Source of the DNA: Octopus bimaculoides
Taxonomy: Eukaryota
Assembly (NCBI RefSeq): GCF_001194135.2
Contig: NC_068997.1
Location: forward strand, 22,180,980-22,226,890
Direction: 5' to 3'
DNA: 45,911 nucleotides
Part shown: piece after piece, positions 11,917-25,343 of the stretch
Layout: every line of letters begins with the position of its first letter
Position numbering within the stretch: position 1 is the first letter of the stretch
Position numbers and translations under genes: made by a program
Notes under the pieces: model-generated
The model's database searches: none
What the model saw: the letters and a program-made list of their open reading frames with translations, nothing else
Told to the model about the DNA's origin: nothing

Positions 11917-13214
11917 TTAATTTAGCCAAAATATTGTTAATGTTGTTGATTATGTCGTTGTTTAAACCGTCCTCAGCCCCGACGAACCAAACTAATCATT
12001 GTCAGTAAGGAGAAAAATATACTTTACCAGCAACTATATCATCTAAATTGTTATTAATTCTTTTTTAATATATATAAAGACAGTAGTGTGTAATTTAAAA
12101 GAAATTTAGTTGCTATTTCAAACAGATCAAGCGACAAAATATAGAAAACTCCAGCTTTCGTTCATGAAATGAATACAGATTTACTTCGTCCTTCAAAGAA
12201 AAATGTTTAACGTATGTTTGGGATATTTTACAGTTTATGGATTCCATAAAATATTAACAAAGTAATTTGACAATAAAAAGCTGCATGTCCTTAGAATGTT
12301 ATGATGTGGTATTTATTGAGAAGGATCTGTGGTCGATCAAGTCGACGAAATATAGTGGAAGGTGGCACGAAAATAGACGAGGGAGAACGATTGAGAGAGT
12401 GAAAAAGAGGGAGGGTGTGAGAGTGAGGGAGAAAAGAGACAGAGAAGAAGGAAGAGAATGAAAGTCTGAGAGTGGGGTATTGATGATAGCGAACGTAGTA
12501 TATGTGCTACTAAAATCCTCAATGTGATTGAGATACAAGTACGAAAATGATATGACAAAGTGAAAAAGATCAACGATATGCAGTAAGAGAGTTTGAATTT
12601 TTAAATATCAGTAAAAGAGTGTAAATGGGGGTAGCGAGACAATGAAATATTACATAGATGCATACATACACATGTAATGTATATATGCATAGATATATAT
12701 ATGCGTGTGTGTGTGTGAAGAAAGTGAGAAAGAGGTGGGAGAGAAATGAAATGGAGAGAGAGGATTAAGAATATGGACATAGAATTCGTAATAAAATTAA
12801 GATAGTAGGAAAATAAAAGTGAACGGTTTACAACCAATTAAGAGCGGTGGGGGAGAGGGTGAAGAAGAAATAGAAAACGCTGGATGGCTTAATTGAATGA
12901 TAAAGTATGTAGATGAATAAATAATAAAGATGAATTATAAAAGGTTTTCAAAATGGCGAATAGTGATAGAGAGTGTAAATTAATGGAACATGGAGATACA
13001 AAGATAACCCGCGTGAGTAAAAGGCGAGTAGAGAGAATACATTCTTGTTTGTATTTTTTTCCTTTATACACTGACAGTTGTTAAGCGACGACTGATTGTT
13101 GGTGGATCGCCAGACAATAATGAATTTTTTGCAGTATTTACTGTTGGTCATTTGCATTGTGAGTTCAAATCCCATGGTTGAATTTTTCCCTTGGGGGTTC
13201 ATTTGACAAATATT

Positions 13215-13410
13215 AGTTTCAAGCCCAGCAATTTTGTGCGATGGGGTTTAAGTCGATTACATCGACCCCAGTGCTCAACTGGTTCTTATTTTATCGATCC
13301 CGAAAGGTTGAAAGCCAGAGTGGGAATTCGAATTTAGAACGTAAAGACGGACAAAATGCCGCTAAACATTTTTCCCGGTATGTTAACGATTCGGCCAACT
13401 TGCCGTCTTC
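13215..13410 (-). mobile_element. SINE family B, diverged
   Basis: gtcgattacatcgaccccagtgctcaactggttcttattttatcgatcccgaaagg...agaacgtaaagacggacaaaatgccgctaaacatttt. Confidence 0.85.
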
Positions 13411-14159
13411 AATATGATGAATATTAGTCAAGAAATAGATCGATAATACATCGATAATAGATGAATAAGGCTAAAAAATACTTATTATTACACGTTTCAT
13501 TGGCTGTTATCAGAAATATATTAGATGTTATCAGAAATATTGTTGATAACAGCCAATATTTGGTCTTAAGTGTGCTTATTTTGAGCTGACCTGACGAAAA
13601 GCGACAACAACAACAACATTATCAACGACAAACAAAACAGCAATAACAATAATAGTGTTAAATTCGATCGAACTTCGCTGGCAGATAAATAACTTTCTTA
13701 GTTTTGTGAAGTAAAAGAAAATAGAACCGCGAAAATGAGAGCTCACTCTCATCTCAGATCTCTGAGAGATGATGATGATGATTATGATGATGATAAGGAT
13801 GATAATGATGATGATGATGATGACATAAGTATTGGTGCATGTGTATGTATGTGTATGTGTGTGTCTGTGTATACGTGCTCGCAAGTGTAAGTGGGCGCTA
13901 GTGTATGCGTGTGTGTATGTATGTGTATGTGTGTGTGTGAGAGAGAGAGAGAGAGTGTTTATAGAAGTGGAAGAGCAGAAATGGGAAAGAAGATTGAACG
14001 AGAAAAATGTAATGCATTAGTTTTGTAAAGAAGAACTAAAAGAAACCGCGAAAATGAGAGCTGACCATGATGACGATGATTATGTGTGCGCGCGCGTATG
14101 TGTGTGTGTGTATGTCTATATAAGTGTGTTTGTATTCGTGCGCGCACATGTAGGTGGGT

Positions 14160-14352
14160 CCACAAGGGGCTAAATATAGAGGGGACAAACAAAGAGTTTA
14201 AGTCGATTCCATCGACCCCAGTGCGTAACTGGTACTTAATTTATCGTCTCCGAAAGGATGAAAGGCAAAGTCGACCTCGGCGGAATTTGAACTCAGAACG
14301 CAACGGCAGACGAAATACCGGTAAGCATTTCGCCCGGCGTGCTAACGTTTCT
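14160..14352 (-). mobile_element. SINE family B
   Basis: ccacaaggggctaaatatagaggggacaaac...atcgaccccagtgcgtaactggtacttaatttatcg...cccggcgtgctaacgtttctgcca. Confidence 0.92.
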
Positions 14353-14394
14353 GCCAAGATAGCCGCCTTAATACGGTAGAAATATTCTGAGATA

Positions 14395-14640
14395 AAAAAA
14401 AACAAGAGAAAGAAATGATGGATATCGAGAAAAGGAATGCAAAAAATAGAATGGAGAAAGTAGGGAGAAAAAGAGAAAGCGGGAGAAGGGAGAGGAGGTG
14501 GGAGAAAGAGAGTAAAAGGAAGAAAGAAAGAGAGAGAGAGAGAAGGTGGGAGAAAGCGAGGAGGAGGGGAAAAGAGTAAAAGATAAAAATAAAAAGTGAG
14601 TAAGAGAGAAGCAGTGTGTTTTAGAGAGAGATACGGAAAG

Positions 14641-14671
<31 letters not shown>

Positions 14672-15700
14672 TACGGAAGGAAAGAAACAGAGAGAGAGAG
14701 AGAGAGGAAGTGAAGGACGAGAAAATTTGAGAGAAAGAGAGTAAAACATTAAAAGAGAAAGAAAGAGATAAAAATTAAAAGAGAGACTAAGAGAGAGCTG
14801 GAGAGATTGTAACAAAGATAGAGAGAGAGGGGGGGAGTAGTAAGCTAGTAAGGGAAAAAAGTAAAAATATGAAGAGAGGAAGAAATTAAGAGAAAGAGAA
14901 GATGGAGAGAGATAGTTAGAGGGAGAGAAAGAAAGAGAGAGGGAGGGAGAACGAAAAAGAGAGAGAAAGCGAGGAAGAGAGAGAGAGAGGATTAAAGAAC
15001 GATATTCAAAGAAAGTGAAATATTTAATGTAGGAAGACAGAAAAACAAAGAGGAGAAGAAAAAGGGAAGATAGAGAGGTCGGAGAAAGAGAGGTGGGAGA
15101 AAGAGAGAAGGAGGAAGAAAGAGCTAAGGAGGGAGAAAGAGAGAAGAAAGGAGAAAGAGAGAGTTCGGTAGATTGCTTCAGNNNNNNNNNNNNNNNNNNN
15201 NNNNNNNNNNNNNNNNNNNNNNNNNNNNNNNNNNNNNNNNNNNNNNNNNNNNNNNNNNNNNNNNNNNNNNNNNNNNNNNNNNNNNNNNNNNNNNNNNNNN
15301 NNNNNNNNNNNNNNNNNNNNNNNNNNNNNNNNNNNNNNNNNNNNNNNNNNNNNNNNNNNNNNNNNNNNNNNNNNNNNNNNNNNNNNNNNNNNNNNNNNNN
15401 NNNNNNNNNNNNNNNNNNNNNNNNNNNNNNNNNNNNNNNNNNNNNNNNNNNNNNNNNNNNNNNNNNNNNNNNNNNNNNNNNNNNNNNNNNNNNNNNNNNN
15501 NNNNNNNNNNNNNNNNNNNCAATTTTAAGAGATGGAGAAGACAATGTTATGAGTGAGAGAGAGAATGAGAGAGAGAGGAGTGTTTTGAAGACAGGGAGTT
15601 AGATTCGGAGAGACAAAAAGAGCAAGAAAGATAGGGAGATGGAGAGAAAGAGAGAGAGAGAGGTTGAGAAGAAGGTCATGTTTAGAGACAATTGGCTAGG
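14395..15700 (+). repeat. Polypurine (GA/GAAA-rich) low-complexity tract spanning a gap
   Basis: Strong A/G strand bias. The minus-strand ORF 14621-15544 is the spurious Leu/Ser/Phe reading of this tract. Confidence 0.9.
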
Positions 15701-18184
15701 ATTGGCACGTTCAATTGTTCCAGCTGTAATGGTCATAAACCAAGAGATCATGACAAGTTCTTGGTGAAACTGTTAATGGAACCAGAAGAGAAAATAGGAA
15801 GGCAATGAGAGAGAGAGAGAAAGAGAAAGAAACAGAAAGAGAGCGTGAGATGTGTGTAGTGGTGGCAGTGGTAATGGAGGGAGTAGTGGCAGTGGTGGTG
15901 GTGGTGGTGTAAACGTCGTCCACTACTCGCCTATTGCCTGTCACAAGGGAACACGACATTCTAGATTACACTCACCTTCCCTCTGCTGTTTACGAATATA
16001 CACACATGCAGACATACATATATACACACACACACATACATGCATATATATATATACATACATGCACGCACACACACATAATCAATATATATGTGATATG
16101 TATAATACACTCAAACACACATACAGATACACACACAATCTATATTTTGTTTTACAATTTTTCTGCTTTTTGTCTTTCTATATTTATATTTTGTCTTCTT
16201 TCTGATTTTTGCTTCTTCTTTTCTTGCGTTCTTTTTGTCCTTTTTTTTGTTTGTTTTTTGTTCCTCAGTTTTATTCACTCTTTCATTTTTACTTCCATTC
16301 TTCTATTCTTTAGTTCTTTCTATACTCCGTTCATGTCTCATTTTACTTCAGCTTTCTTTCGTTTTTGATGTTGTTGTTGTTTGTCTTTTCACTTTCTAGC
16401 CTCATGTTTCTCTCCAAAGTGTCGCTTACCGCCCCTTCATGCCATAAAGTATTCTACACCTCCTACCACGTGTCCGCCTCTCCGTATCACCTACTCTCTT
16501 AATAATTTTTTTTTCCTTTTTCAACAACCTCCCCCATAAACTATTCTTACCCCCATGCTTTTATTTTATTTTATTGTAATTAATTTATTTTGTTCATTTC
16601 ATACCAAAATCCTGTCCGCTCCATCCTTCATAATCACCACCAAAGCTACCACACACCTTCATCTCCCACCGTAGAGCTAATTTCCTTGAGTGTATTTGGT
16701 AGTCGTGACGGTTCTGTTGATGATGTTGGTGGCTGTAGTTCTTGTTGGTTGTGTTATGTAGCTCCGGGTCAGTCTTGGTCAAGAAATCCTTATGATTGGC
16801 AAACGAATCGACACTGATTCATCAACATACACTCCCAGTAATGTTAGATCTACGTTTTGTTTTTGCAATTTGATTGCTATATACATGATGTGAACCCGTG
16901 TGTTGGAGCAAATTTTGTTGTATCTCAGGAGTCAGGAGGGTCACTATGCCAATAACAAATACACCCACTGGTTATAGCTCACTTGTTATTATTATTGAGT
17001 TGTGCGAATTTGCTTTTTGTTCATGTTGTATTCAACGTTCCGAAAAACTTAGCCTAATTATTCAAAAAGGAAAAGAGTAACACGATTAGATAGAGCGAAA
17101 AACGGGCTTTAAAATGGTATATAAAACCAAAGTAATTTAACTAAAATTAATTTGAACATACATAATTTAAAACCAAAATTTAAAATTTCGCAAGAACTTT
17201 CTTGACAACCTAATATATTAATAAAGCATATGAATCTCCATCTACATATTAATATACCTATTAATATACCTATCCTACGTTGCAAAGCAGTTCTACGTGT
17301 GTACCCCTACCATTGGGTTACCCTGGAAGATGGAATTAATAGGTGATAGCCGACAAGAAGAAGTACGGAAGCTTTTAAGAACTTATTACTACGCTTTTGC
17401 CCAAACTAAGCTAAATGGTTATTCGCGGGGGAGAAGGGTCGTACGCCGGCGCATATGTGTGTATGTGTGTACGTATATTTCTTTAAGAGAGAGAATTGAC
17501 TTTATGACGTTACGTTCTTCAATTCTTGAAGAAACTCTCAAGCACATTACTTCTCACCAGGCAGGTAGTAAATTTCTCCATGTGTTTTTGAATTCTGTGT
17601 ATTACAACATAGTACAATCCGTCCGTTTACTTTAATCACGAGCATCAGAAATGTCATATCTTTGAGGTAAAGGATTGCTATAATTATCATAATTATCTCT
17701 TCAGCCATGGAAAATTTATTAAATAAAATCATAATAACGAAGCGACAACATATGGCGCAAGAGATAATATAACATTCAAATCGATATCCGTCGGTTGATT
17801 TAGTGTACGTAGATATCGTTCAATCACAAATGTTACCATACATTGCAGGTGATTGTGGAGATAAGCATGGCCAATTGAATTAGGTACTCTGTTTGTTATA
17901 TATGGGTCAACAGTTCAAATACGTCGATGACGTTCCTTTGAACTCCAAGAAAGAAATTCATTATTCTGTATTGGTACTCTTTTCGCGTAGCAGTCGGAAA
18001 TAGGTTATACATTTAGCCAATAGTCATTCCAGTAATAGAATGGATATTGTTAATAAAGGACATACTTAGAAGTGTTAGGTAAAGTTACTGAGAAGCAGGT
18101 GCTTTAGGTAAGCATTTTTGTCCTTCTGATTAAGAAGATCGCTTTGCAATCATGCTGTTTCGCATTAAGTTCCACTGAGCGCCT

Positions 18185-18670
18185 CCTTTGGCAAGTATTC
18201 CTTCTACTATAGCTGTGGAATACCCGACGCATTATAAGTGAAGTTGATAGACGGAAACTGTGGAATCGGAACTAGCATCGCTAAGCACTTTCTTTTTTCT
18301 TCAACCACCTAATGATTTTGTTAGTATGTCGCACTATAATGGCTACTGATTTAGGTGGAGAGCAAGTAATATTTGAGGGTAAACTTAATTAGATAGACTC
18401 TAGCAACTAACTGGAACTTTATTTTATCGACCTCACAAGGATGGATGAAACGCAACGCTGACATCGGCGCGATTTTCAAATGGTTTCAATTCTGTCACAA
18501 ATTTTGAGGGGAGGTGTAGACCATCGGGAAAACTCTTTCTACAATATGCGCAAGGCCTGAAGTTTTGTGTGAGAGCTGCTGAATTACATTGATATCAGTG
18601 CTCGAATGGTATTTTATCCAGCCAAAAAGGAAGATAGTAAAAACCAGCGAAGCCGTGGAAATTCTACATT
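18185..18670. mobile_element. Cluster of old, degenerate SINE fragments (families A and B)
   Basis: ttggcaagtattccttctactatagc...gatagacggaaactg is family A on the plus strand. ttattttatcgacctcacaaggatggatgaaacgcaacgctgac and the 18560-18660 segment are family B on the minus strand. Confidence 0.55.
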
Positions 18671-19411
18671 TAATAATAGCTTTTATTTCTGTTGTAATAC
18701 ATAAATTGCTAGATCCTTATAACATTGGTCAAGTATGTGAAATATTTTGATTATGTCTTCCATGGTATTCCATAGTAAGATTATTGAAAGCTTAACACCG
18801 GAACATGTTTCATTATGCTAAATATTTCGATAATATCTTCCATTTCGTTCTCTTAGATAAGCGCAACACAGGAACACGTGTAGTGACAAGAAGAATAATA
18901 TTGCAGATAATCAGCAGAATCGACACCCGTATATAATATTATAAGACATGCAAAAAAAAAAACAAAGAAGAAAGAAAGAAAAAATACAATATCGACATTG
19001 GTAAGTGGGGGCGGGTTTTAACTTTAATACAGGGTAATATACAGCAAATAGGTGTAATCACTAAGGATCTAGGGCGGGATTTTTGTCTAAAAGAATACCG
19101 CCTGGCTTTCCGGAAAAAAATAAAATGTTTCTTTCATGTAGACTAATTAACATTTTTGAACAAGATCTTTATACAGTTTCGGATTCTTATCTCAGAGATA
19201 TGCATATATTTATATATTTGTTGATATCACTTAAACAGTATCGTTTTACTTCACATCTGGGCAATTCTCTATCAGGCGAATAGAAATGCAAGTTTTATTC
19301 ATTTTATTTATTTATTTATATATATTTATTATTTGAAGCAACGTATATTTGCAGCATATAAATTGATAGACTCAAAAAGCAAAATGGAAGAAAATGCAGA
19401 TTTAGTCTTAT

Positions 19412-19596
<185 letters not shown>

Positions 19597-19887
19597 TTCA
19601 GTAGTTTTATTTTTATAACGTGCTTTCACTTCACTACCGAGCGCAGCTCTGTGCGCCTTGGGTATGTGCTGTGGTTTGCTGTGGTGCTCTTATGTTTACT
19701 GTATTGAAAGTGTTTTGCGTAGAATGTGTGCAGTACCCAGTAGTGCAATTTTCTGTAAGTTATATATATTTGTAAGTCCTGGTGTTTTTGTTATGTATTT
19801 GTCTGAATATTTTTTTATTATACCTAAGGCACCTACTATGATAGGAATTGTTTCTGTCTTTAGATTCCACATTCGAGTTATTCGTCA

Positions 19888-19888
<1 letters not shown>
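19597..19888 (-). mobile_element. R4/Dong-clade non-LTR retrotransposon, 5'-truncated 3' end
   Basis: 19881-19696 translates without internal stops as ITRMWNLKTETIPIIVGALGIIKKYSDKYITKTPGLTNIYNLQKIALLGTAHILRKTLSIQ*. The PIIVGALG and LQKxALLGTAHILR motifs are typical of the C-terminus of the R4 restriction-like endonuclease. A 3'UTR and (TAA)n follow. Confidence 0.9.
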
Positions 19889-19949
<61 letters not shown>

Positions 19950-19954
<5 letters not shown>

Positions 19955-20038
19955 TAGTTTTATTTTTATGACGTGCTTTCACTTCACTACCGAGCGCAGC
20001 TCTGTGTGCCTTGGGTATGTGCTGTGGTTTGCTGTGGT
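19950..20038 (-). mobile_element. Second R4/Dong 3'UTR-only fragment
   Basis: About 89 nt nearly identical to 19597-19685 (ttcagtagttttatttttat(a/g)acgtgctttcacttcactaccgagcgcagc...), with its own (TAA)n tail at 19889-19949. Confidence 0.9.
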
Positions 20039-20044
20039 TTGATT

Positions 20045-20080
<36 letters not shown>

Positions 20081-20083
<3 letters not shown>

Positions 20084-20470
20084 TGCCAGTTCAGCCCTGG
20101 GATCGTAATTGACTTAATTCCTTCCCCGAACTTGTTAATATCATGCCAAAATTTGAAACCATTAACAGCTTTGTCTTTCATCCCTTCGGAGTCGATAAAA
20201 TAAGTACCAGTTGAGTACTGGGGGGTCGATGAAATCGCCTATCCCCTTACTCCAATTCTCAAGTCTTGTACAGAATCGTTAGCACGCCGGACAAAATGCT
20301 TAGCACCATTTCGTACGTCTTTACGTTTTGCGTTCAAAATCCGCTGAGGTGGACGATACCTGTCATCTTTTCGGAATCGATAAAACAAGTTACAGTAAAG
20401 TACTGGAGTCGATGTAATCGACTCACCCATTCCTTTCAAATTGCTGACCATGTGCCAAACTTTCAAACAA
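20081..20470 (+). mobile_element. Three head-to-tail SINE family B fragments
   Basis: A tail piece at 20081-20160, a central piece ctttgtctttcatcccttcggagtcgataaaataagtaccag at 20168-20260, and a near-full copy at 20272-20470. Confidence 0.8.
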
Positions 20471-21354
20471 TCATTATTAACATTCCGTGGTGTATGGTAC
20501 ATTGGTGCATTTAAACAAGGCAAGATATATATATTATATATTTGGACGGTTATTGTAGCAGACTAGATGAGAGTTGATTTCTAACAGCATGCTCTGCCTC
20601 TCTGCTTTTTGAATTATTTTGATAGCCGAGCCAATTCTGTTAGGTAGAGAGATAAAAAAAAAAATTCAACCACTTCAATATTTGATTGGTACATTATCCA
20701 TCGAGCGCGGTTAATTTCCGCATTCAAACCCTACCTGACCAAGGGGTGTTTTATATTCTCCCGTAAACAGTATGCAATCTTAAAAAAAATATACAATGTG
20801 GGAAATTTCTGTGGTTTTCTGCTAATTTAACTAAATTTTCAAGTAATTTTTGTGGCTAAATCCTTCATTTAGAGGTTCTTTCATGTTCCCATGTTCCGTC
20901 CCACAACGCGGTGCGTCGAGCAAAGGTACTAACCACAAAACATATTTGTTAAAATATCAAATAGGTCTAAGTTATTTTTAGAGTATTAACTGCTTTTCTG
21001 TTTTTATTTTTAGCATGTAAAGCAGGGTTAGTTTAACAAACTGACCATTAGTTGAGTATATTTTCTATTATCTTTTTTTCGCTGAACCACTAAATAAAGG
21101 GACGTAAAAAAAATCAATACCAATTACCAAGCAACCACAAAGACACATACGCAAACATACAGATCGATACGCACATACATACATACATACATACATACTT
21201 ACATACATACGTGCATGCATGCATGCATATACACACACTCATACATACACATATATAGACACACACATGCATACAAGCATACATACACATACAAGCAATT
21301 ACACATACATACACACACGCACATATAAATGCATATAACATTTTTCTTATTTCT

Positions 21355-21517
21355 TCATTGCCCACAAGGGGCTAAACATAGAGGGGACAAACAAGGACAG
21401 ACAAAGGGATTAAGTCGATTATATCGACCCTGGTACACAACCGGTACTTCTTTAATCGACCCCGAAAGGATGAAAGGCAAAGTCGCCCGGCGTGCTAACG
21501 TTTCTGCCAGCCCGCCA
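21355..21517 (-). mobile_element. SINE family B with an internal deletion
   Basis: Matches the copy at 14160-14352 but jumps aaaggcaaagtcg|cccggcgtgctaacg. Confidence 0.9.
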
Positions 21518-21884
21518 CCTATATACAACATTTTTCTGCATATAAAAATGTCAGGTAGGGCTACATAAATACGTTGTTGGCCCACTACTATACCACATGG
21601 TTTACAACTGGTGTGATTATTAAAGCCACTGTAACGTATGTAATATAAATACGCACATCAACAAAACAATATATTGTTCGTGAGCTCACTGCAGTATCTA
21701 ACCACAAATAAACGGCGTAAAGTTCAGATGTGGGACCTACTAACACCAAAGTGTATCAAGGGTTTTCACATTTGATATCACGGGATCATCTCAGATAAAG
21801 AAGGTTTGTTAGACAAGAAAAAGGGAAGAGGAAAATAGAAATTATAGAAAGACACTTCAGTTGTATATATTTGATATACTTGAT

Positions 21885-22005
<121 letters not shown>

Positions 22006-22344
22006 ATGTGTGCGTATATGTACGTATATGCAAATGTGTGTCTCCTTTTCAATGCGTGGTTATGTGTTGGGCAATCGTTGTCTTTACTACGGAAACAAGT
22101 CTTCAGATAGTAACAGGTGTCAACTTTCACGGTCCTACTCTCTACTCAAGCTAGAAATAATACAACGCGATAATGTAATGCAAACAATAATCTCCCTTAT
22201 TAGCAATCTCTTTACTGGTTCAACTCGGTTCAAATCATTGATATTTGCTAGGTTTTATCTTATTTTATTTACACTAAGTTTCCTTATTTACAAGATAATT
22301 ACACTCACACACACACACAATCACATATTTATATATATATATCG

Positions 22345-22392
<48 letters not shown>

Positions 22393-22945
22393 NNNNNNNN
22401 NNNNNNNNNNNNNNNNNNNNNNNNNNNNNNNNNNNNNNNNNNNNNNNNNNNNNNNNNNNNNNNNNNNNNNNNNNNNNNNNNNNNNNNNNNNNNNNNNNNN
22501 NNNNNNNNNNNNNNNNNNNNNNNNNNNNNNNNNNNNNNNNNNNNNNNNNNNNNNNNNNNNNNNNNNNNNNNNNNNNNNNNNNNNNNNNNNNNNNNNNNNN
22601 NNNNNNNNNNNNNNNNNNNNNNNNNNNNNNNNNNNNNNNNNNNNNNNNNNNNNNNNNNNNNNNNNNNNNNNNNNNNNNNNNNNNNNNNNNNNNNNNNNNN
22701 NNNNNNNNNNNNNNNNNNNNNNNNNNNNNNNNNNNNNNNNNNNNNNNNNNNNNNNNNNNNNNNNNNNNNNNNNNNNNNNNNNNNNNNNNNNNNNNNNNNN
22801 NNNNNNNNNNNNNNNNNNNNNNNNNNNNNNNNNNNNNNNNNNNNNNNNNNNNNNNNNNNNNNNNNNNNNNNNNNNNNNNNNNNNNNNNNNNNNNNNNNNN
22901 NNNNNNNNNNNNNNNNNNNNNNNNNNNNNNNNNNNNNNNNNNNNN

Positions 22946-22985
<40 letters not shown>

Positions 22986-23384
22986 TAAAAATATGTTTAA
23001 AAAACATATACACACACATACACACGCACACATACACACATGTATAATCATAACTAAATTACTAAATTACTGGGATGTAAATTAATGGGCACCGTTTGTG
23101 AAGCTGTGGGGTGAGCAGCAAACACAAACACAAAAACACACCCGTACTTATATGAGACGTCCTTTAACGCAGTTTGAAACTACCACATACGGCATAGGTT
23201 AACTTAGGTCTTTAGTCGAGGACGATTGCCCAAGATTTCTCGCTCTGGGGTTGAATCCGAAACCATGCGGTACGAAAGCGAATTTCTGTAGTACATAACC
23301 ATGTAAACACGCCATAACGATTGCTTGATTAAGGACAAGGTAGCATCGCATATACGGGTAAATCTAGAATCGATCATATCAGCC

Positions 23385-23652
23385 CAGGGCTGTAGCTTGG
23401 ATGGGGAAAGCAGGACGCCACTTTAAGAGAGGCGCAATTTTGGTCAAGATCATGTTTTAATTAAGCCATTAACAAAAAAATGTTTAACCTTTTCGGTTAT
23501 GGTTTGTTTCGCTAATCACCATCCAGGTCTCTCGACAGAATAGCTGTTTTTACTTGATCCTACAAAGTGCATGCACTGGTTTTTTGTTGTAGGGGGCGGA
23601 TGTGCAATTTCCATGTTTGCCTTGGGCGACATATGCCCTAGTTATGCCCCTG
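23385..23652. mobile_element. Possible old PIF/Harbinger-like MITE
   Basis: The right end gccctagttatgcccctg is imperfectly inverted (11 of 16) with cagggctgtagcttgg at 23385. No target-site duplication is visible. Confidence 0.3.
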
Positions 23653-24051
23653 TATCTGCCCTCTGGTACATGAAAACACCTGCAACGTGGAAAAAAATGA
23701 TAGAAAATACAGCTCTACAGACTTTTGATATCATAACATAATCAGAAGACAATTGCTCAGTTTGAGGAAAGAAATCCAGAAGAATGATGGACAAAGTAAG
23801 CATCGGTTGGACTTGAACCCAGAAGGCAAAAGAAGAGATAGAACTAAAATCCGGAAGAGATATTTGCCGTCACTATCCACTAACACAAAACTTGTCGCGC
23901 TATATAGATTAGCATATATGTACATAAAAAGAAAGGAGGAGGTACATAAATGTGTCTGGGGTAGAATAACTTCTGTTCGCTATCGTAATACATCTTAGCA
24001 GAAAATTATGGAAGAAAAATTTGGATTTCTTCATTCATATATATATATATA

Positions 24052-24060
24052 TGGTGGTGG

Positions 24061-24104
<44 letters not shown>

Positions 24105-24374
24105 TTGATGATGATAACGACAACGACGATGACAACGACGACGACGACGGTAATGATTATGACGACGATGACTACGGCAATAACGTCGACGATCAAGTTG
24201 ATGATGCTGACGATGATAATAATGATGAAAATGATAGTGAAGATGAAAATGATGATGATGATGATGATGAAGAAGAAGAAGAAGGAGGAAGAGGAGAAGA
24301 AGAAGAAGAAGAAGAAGAAGAAGAAGAAGAAGAAGAAGAAGAAGAAGAAGAAGAAGAAGAAGAAGAAGAAGAAG

Positions 24375-24403
<29 letters not shown>
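24052..24403. repeat. Compound trinucleotide array (GAT/GAC)n-(GAA)n
   Basis: Seen directly. It generates the poly-D/E, poly-M/K and poly-S ORFs in the track. Confidence 0.97.
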
Positions 24404-24405
<2 letters not shown>

Positions 24406-24599
24406 TAAGAAAGACAGTGACAAAATATCTTAATTGAAATATTCATTTAATGAATCAAGTAATATAATGAAAAATATATACACTAATGCATAAACTGTAA
24501 AAAATATATTATAATTAAGCTACCGAAACCTATATATATATATGCATATGTATATATATGTAGGTATGTATCTCCCTTTTTCACTCTCCTATCTTAGAA

Positions 24600-24840
24600 A
24601 GAACTTTTCCCCCACCACCTCCTCTTCCGGTCTTTTCATAATGTAACCTCGTGGGCATCGGTACCATTTTCCTCTTTCTCCGTTCTTCCATTCTCCGAAA
24701 TTTCCATCTTTCCGACGAAGGGCTACGCCCGAAACGTCATACACTCTCTCTTTCCTTTCCTGAGCGTCCAATAACACTGTACTTATTCCACGTCCTCACT
24801 TTGTTGTTTTTTTGTTTTTTTGTTATTGTTTTTTTTTGAA
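24600..24840 (+). mobile_element. Penelope-like element terminal (pLTR-type) fragment
   Basis: Contains the hammerhead-like motif followed by ttcctgagcgt and a T-rich end, the same layout as 34395-34515. Confidence 0.6.
24712..24738 (+). ncRNA. Minimal type I hammerhead ribozyme motif (U4C variant)
   Basis: ccgacga-a-gggc-tac-gccc-gaaa-cgtc. It has a CUGANGA-like box, a 4-bp stem II, GAAA, a palindromic ACGT in place of stem III, and a GUC cleavage triplet. Confidence 0.7.
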
Positions 24841-25288
24841 CTTATATATATATATACATATATATATATACACTCATACATTTACATATGCATACAGACA
24901 CTCGCATACGTATATATATATATATGTATATATGCATGTATATACCACAATGAAAAATTCTTCAATTCTTCAAACCAGCTGTTACATGTTTCATAATACT
25001 AACAGCCAAAAGTTCTTGGTTAATCATACGGACTGGAATTTAACAGTATCGCATCTAGTATTATCAAAACCATTAAAAGTCACGAAAGGCTGGCTTCTCC
25101 ATCGTTTGAAGCAGGATCAGTTTTCACAATTATCATCTTGCTAAAAGTATTAAATAATTTCGCTTATCAGATCTGTTGACAACTTAGTCAGTAAGTCATT
25201 TATACTCTTACATCGCTGAATGTTTCCCTATGTATGTTACCATGCGTTCGTTCACGTGTGTAGAGATATGCATATGTTTGTGTACAAG

Positions 25289-25343
<55 letters not shown>

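Noticed and set aside
19001-19080. Two GC-box-like GGGCGG motifs and a GTAAGT donor-like site
   Set aside because: These are short motifs with no supporting exon, ORF or CpG island.
23753-23900. HRLDLNPEGKRRDRTK, reminiscent of the RTE-LINE motif ALDWNPxGKRxRGRPK
   Set aside because: The similarity is too short and degenerate to call without an alignment.
24008-24437. Poly-Asp/Glu 141-aa ORF and overlapping poly-Met/Lys and poly-Ser ORFs
   Set aside because: Entirely explained by (GAT)n-(GAA)n arrays. All frames are open simply because the repeats lack stops.
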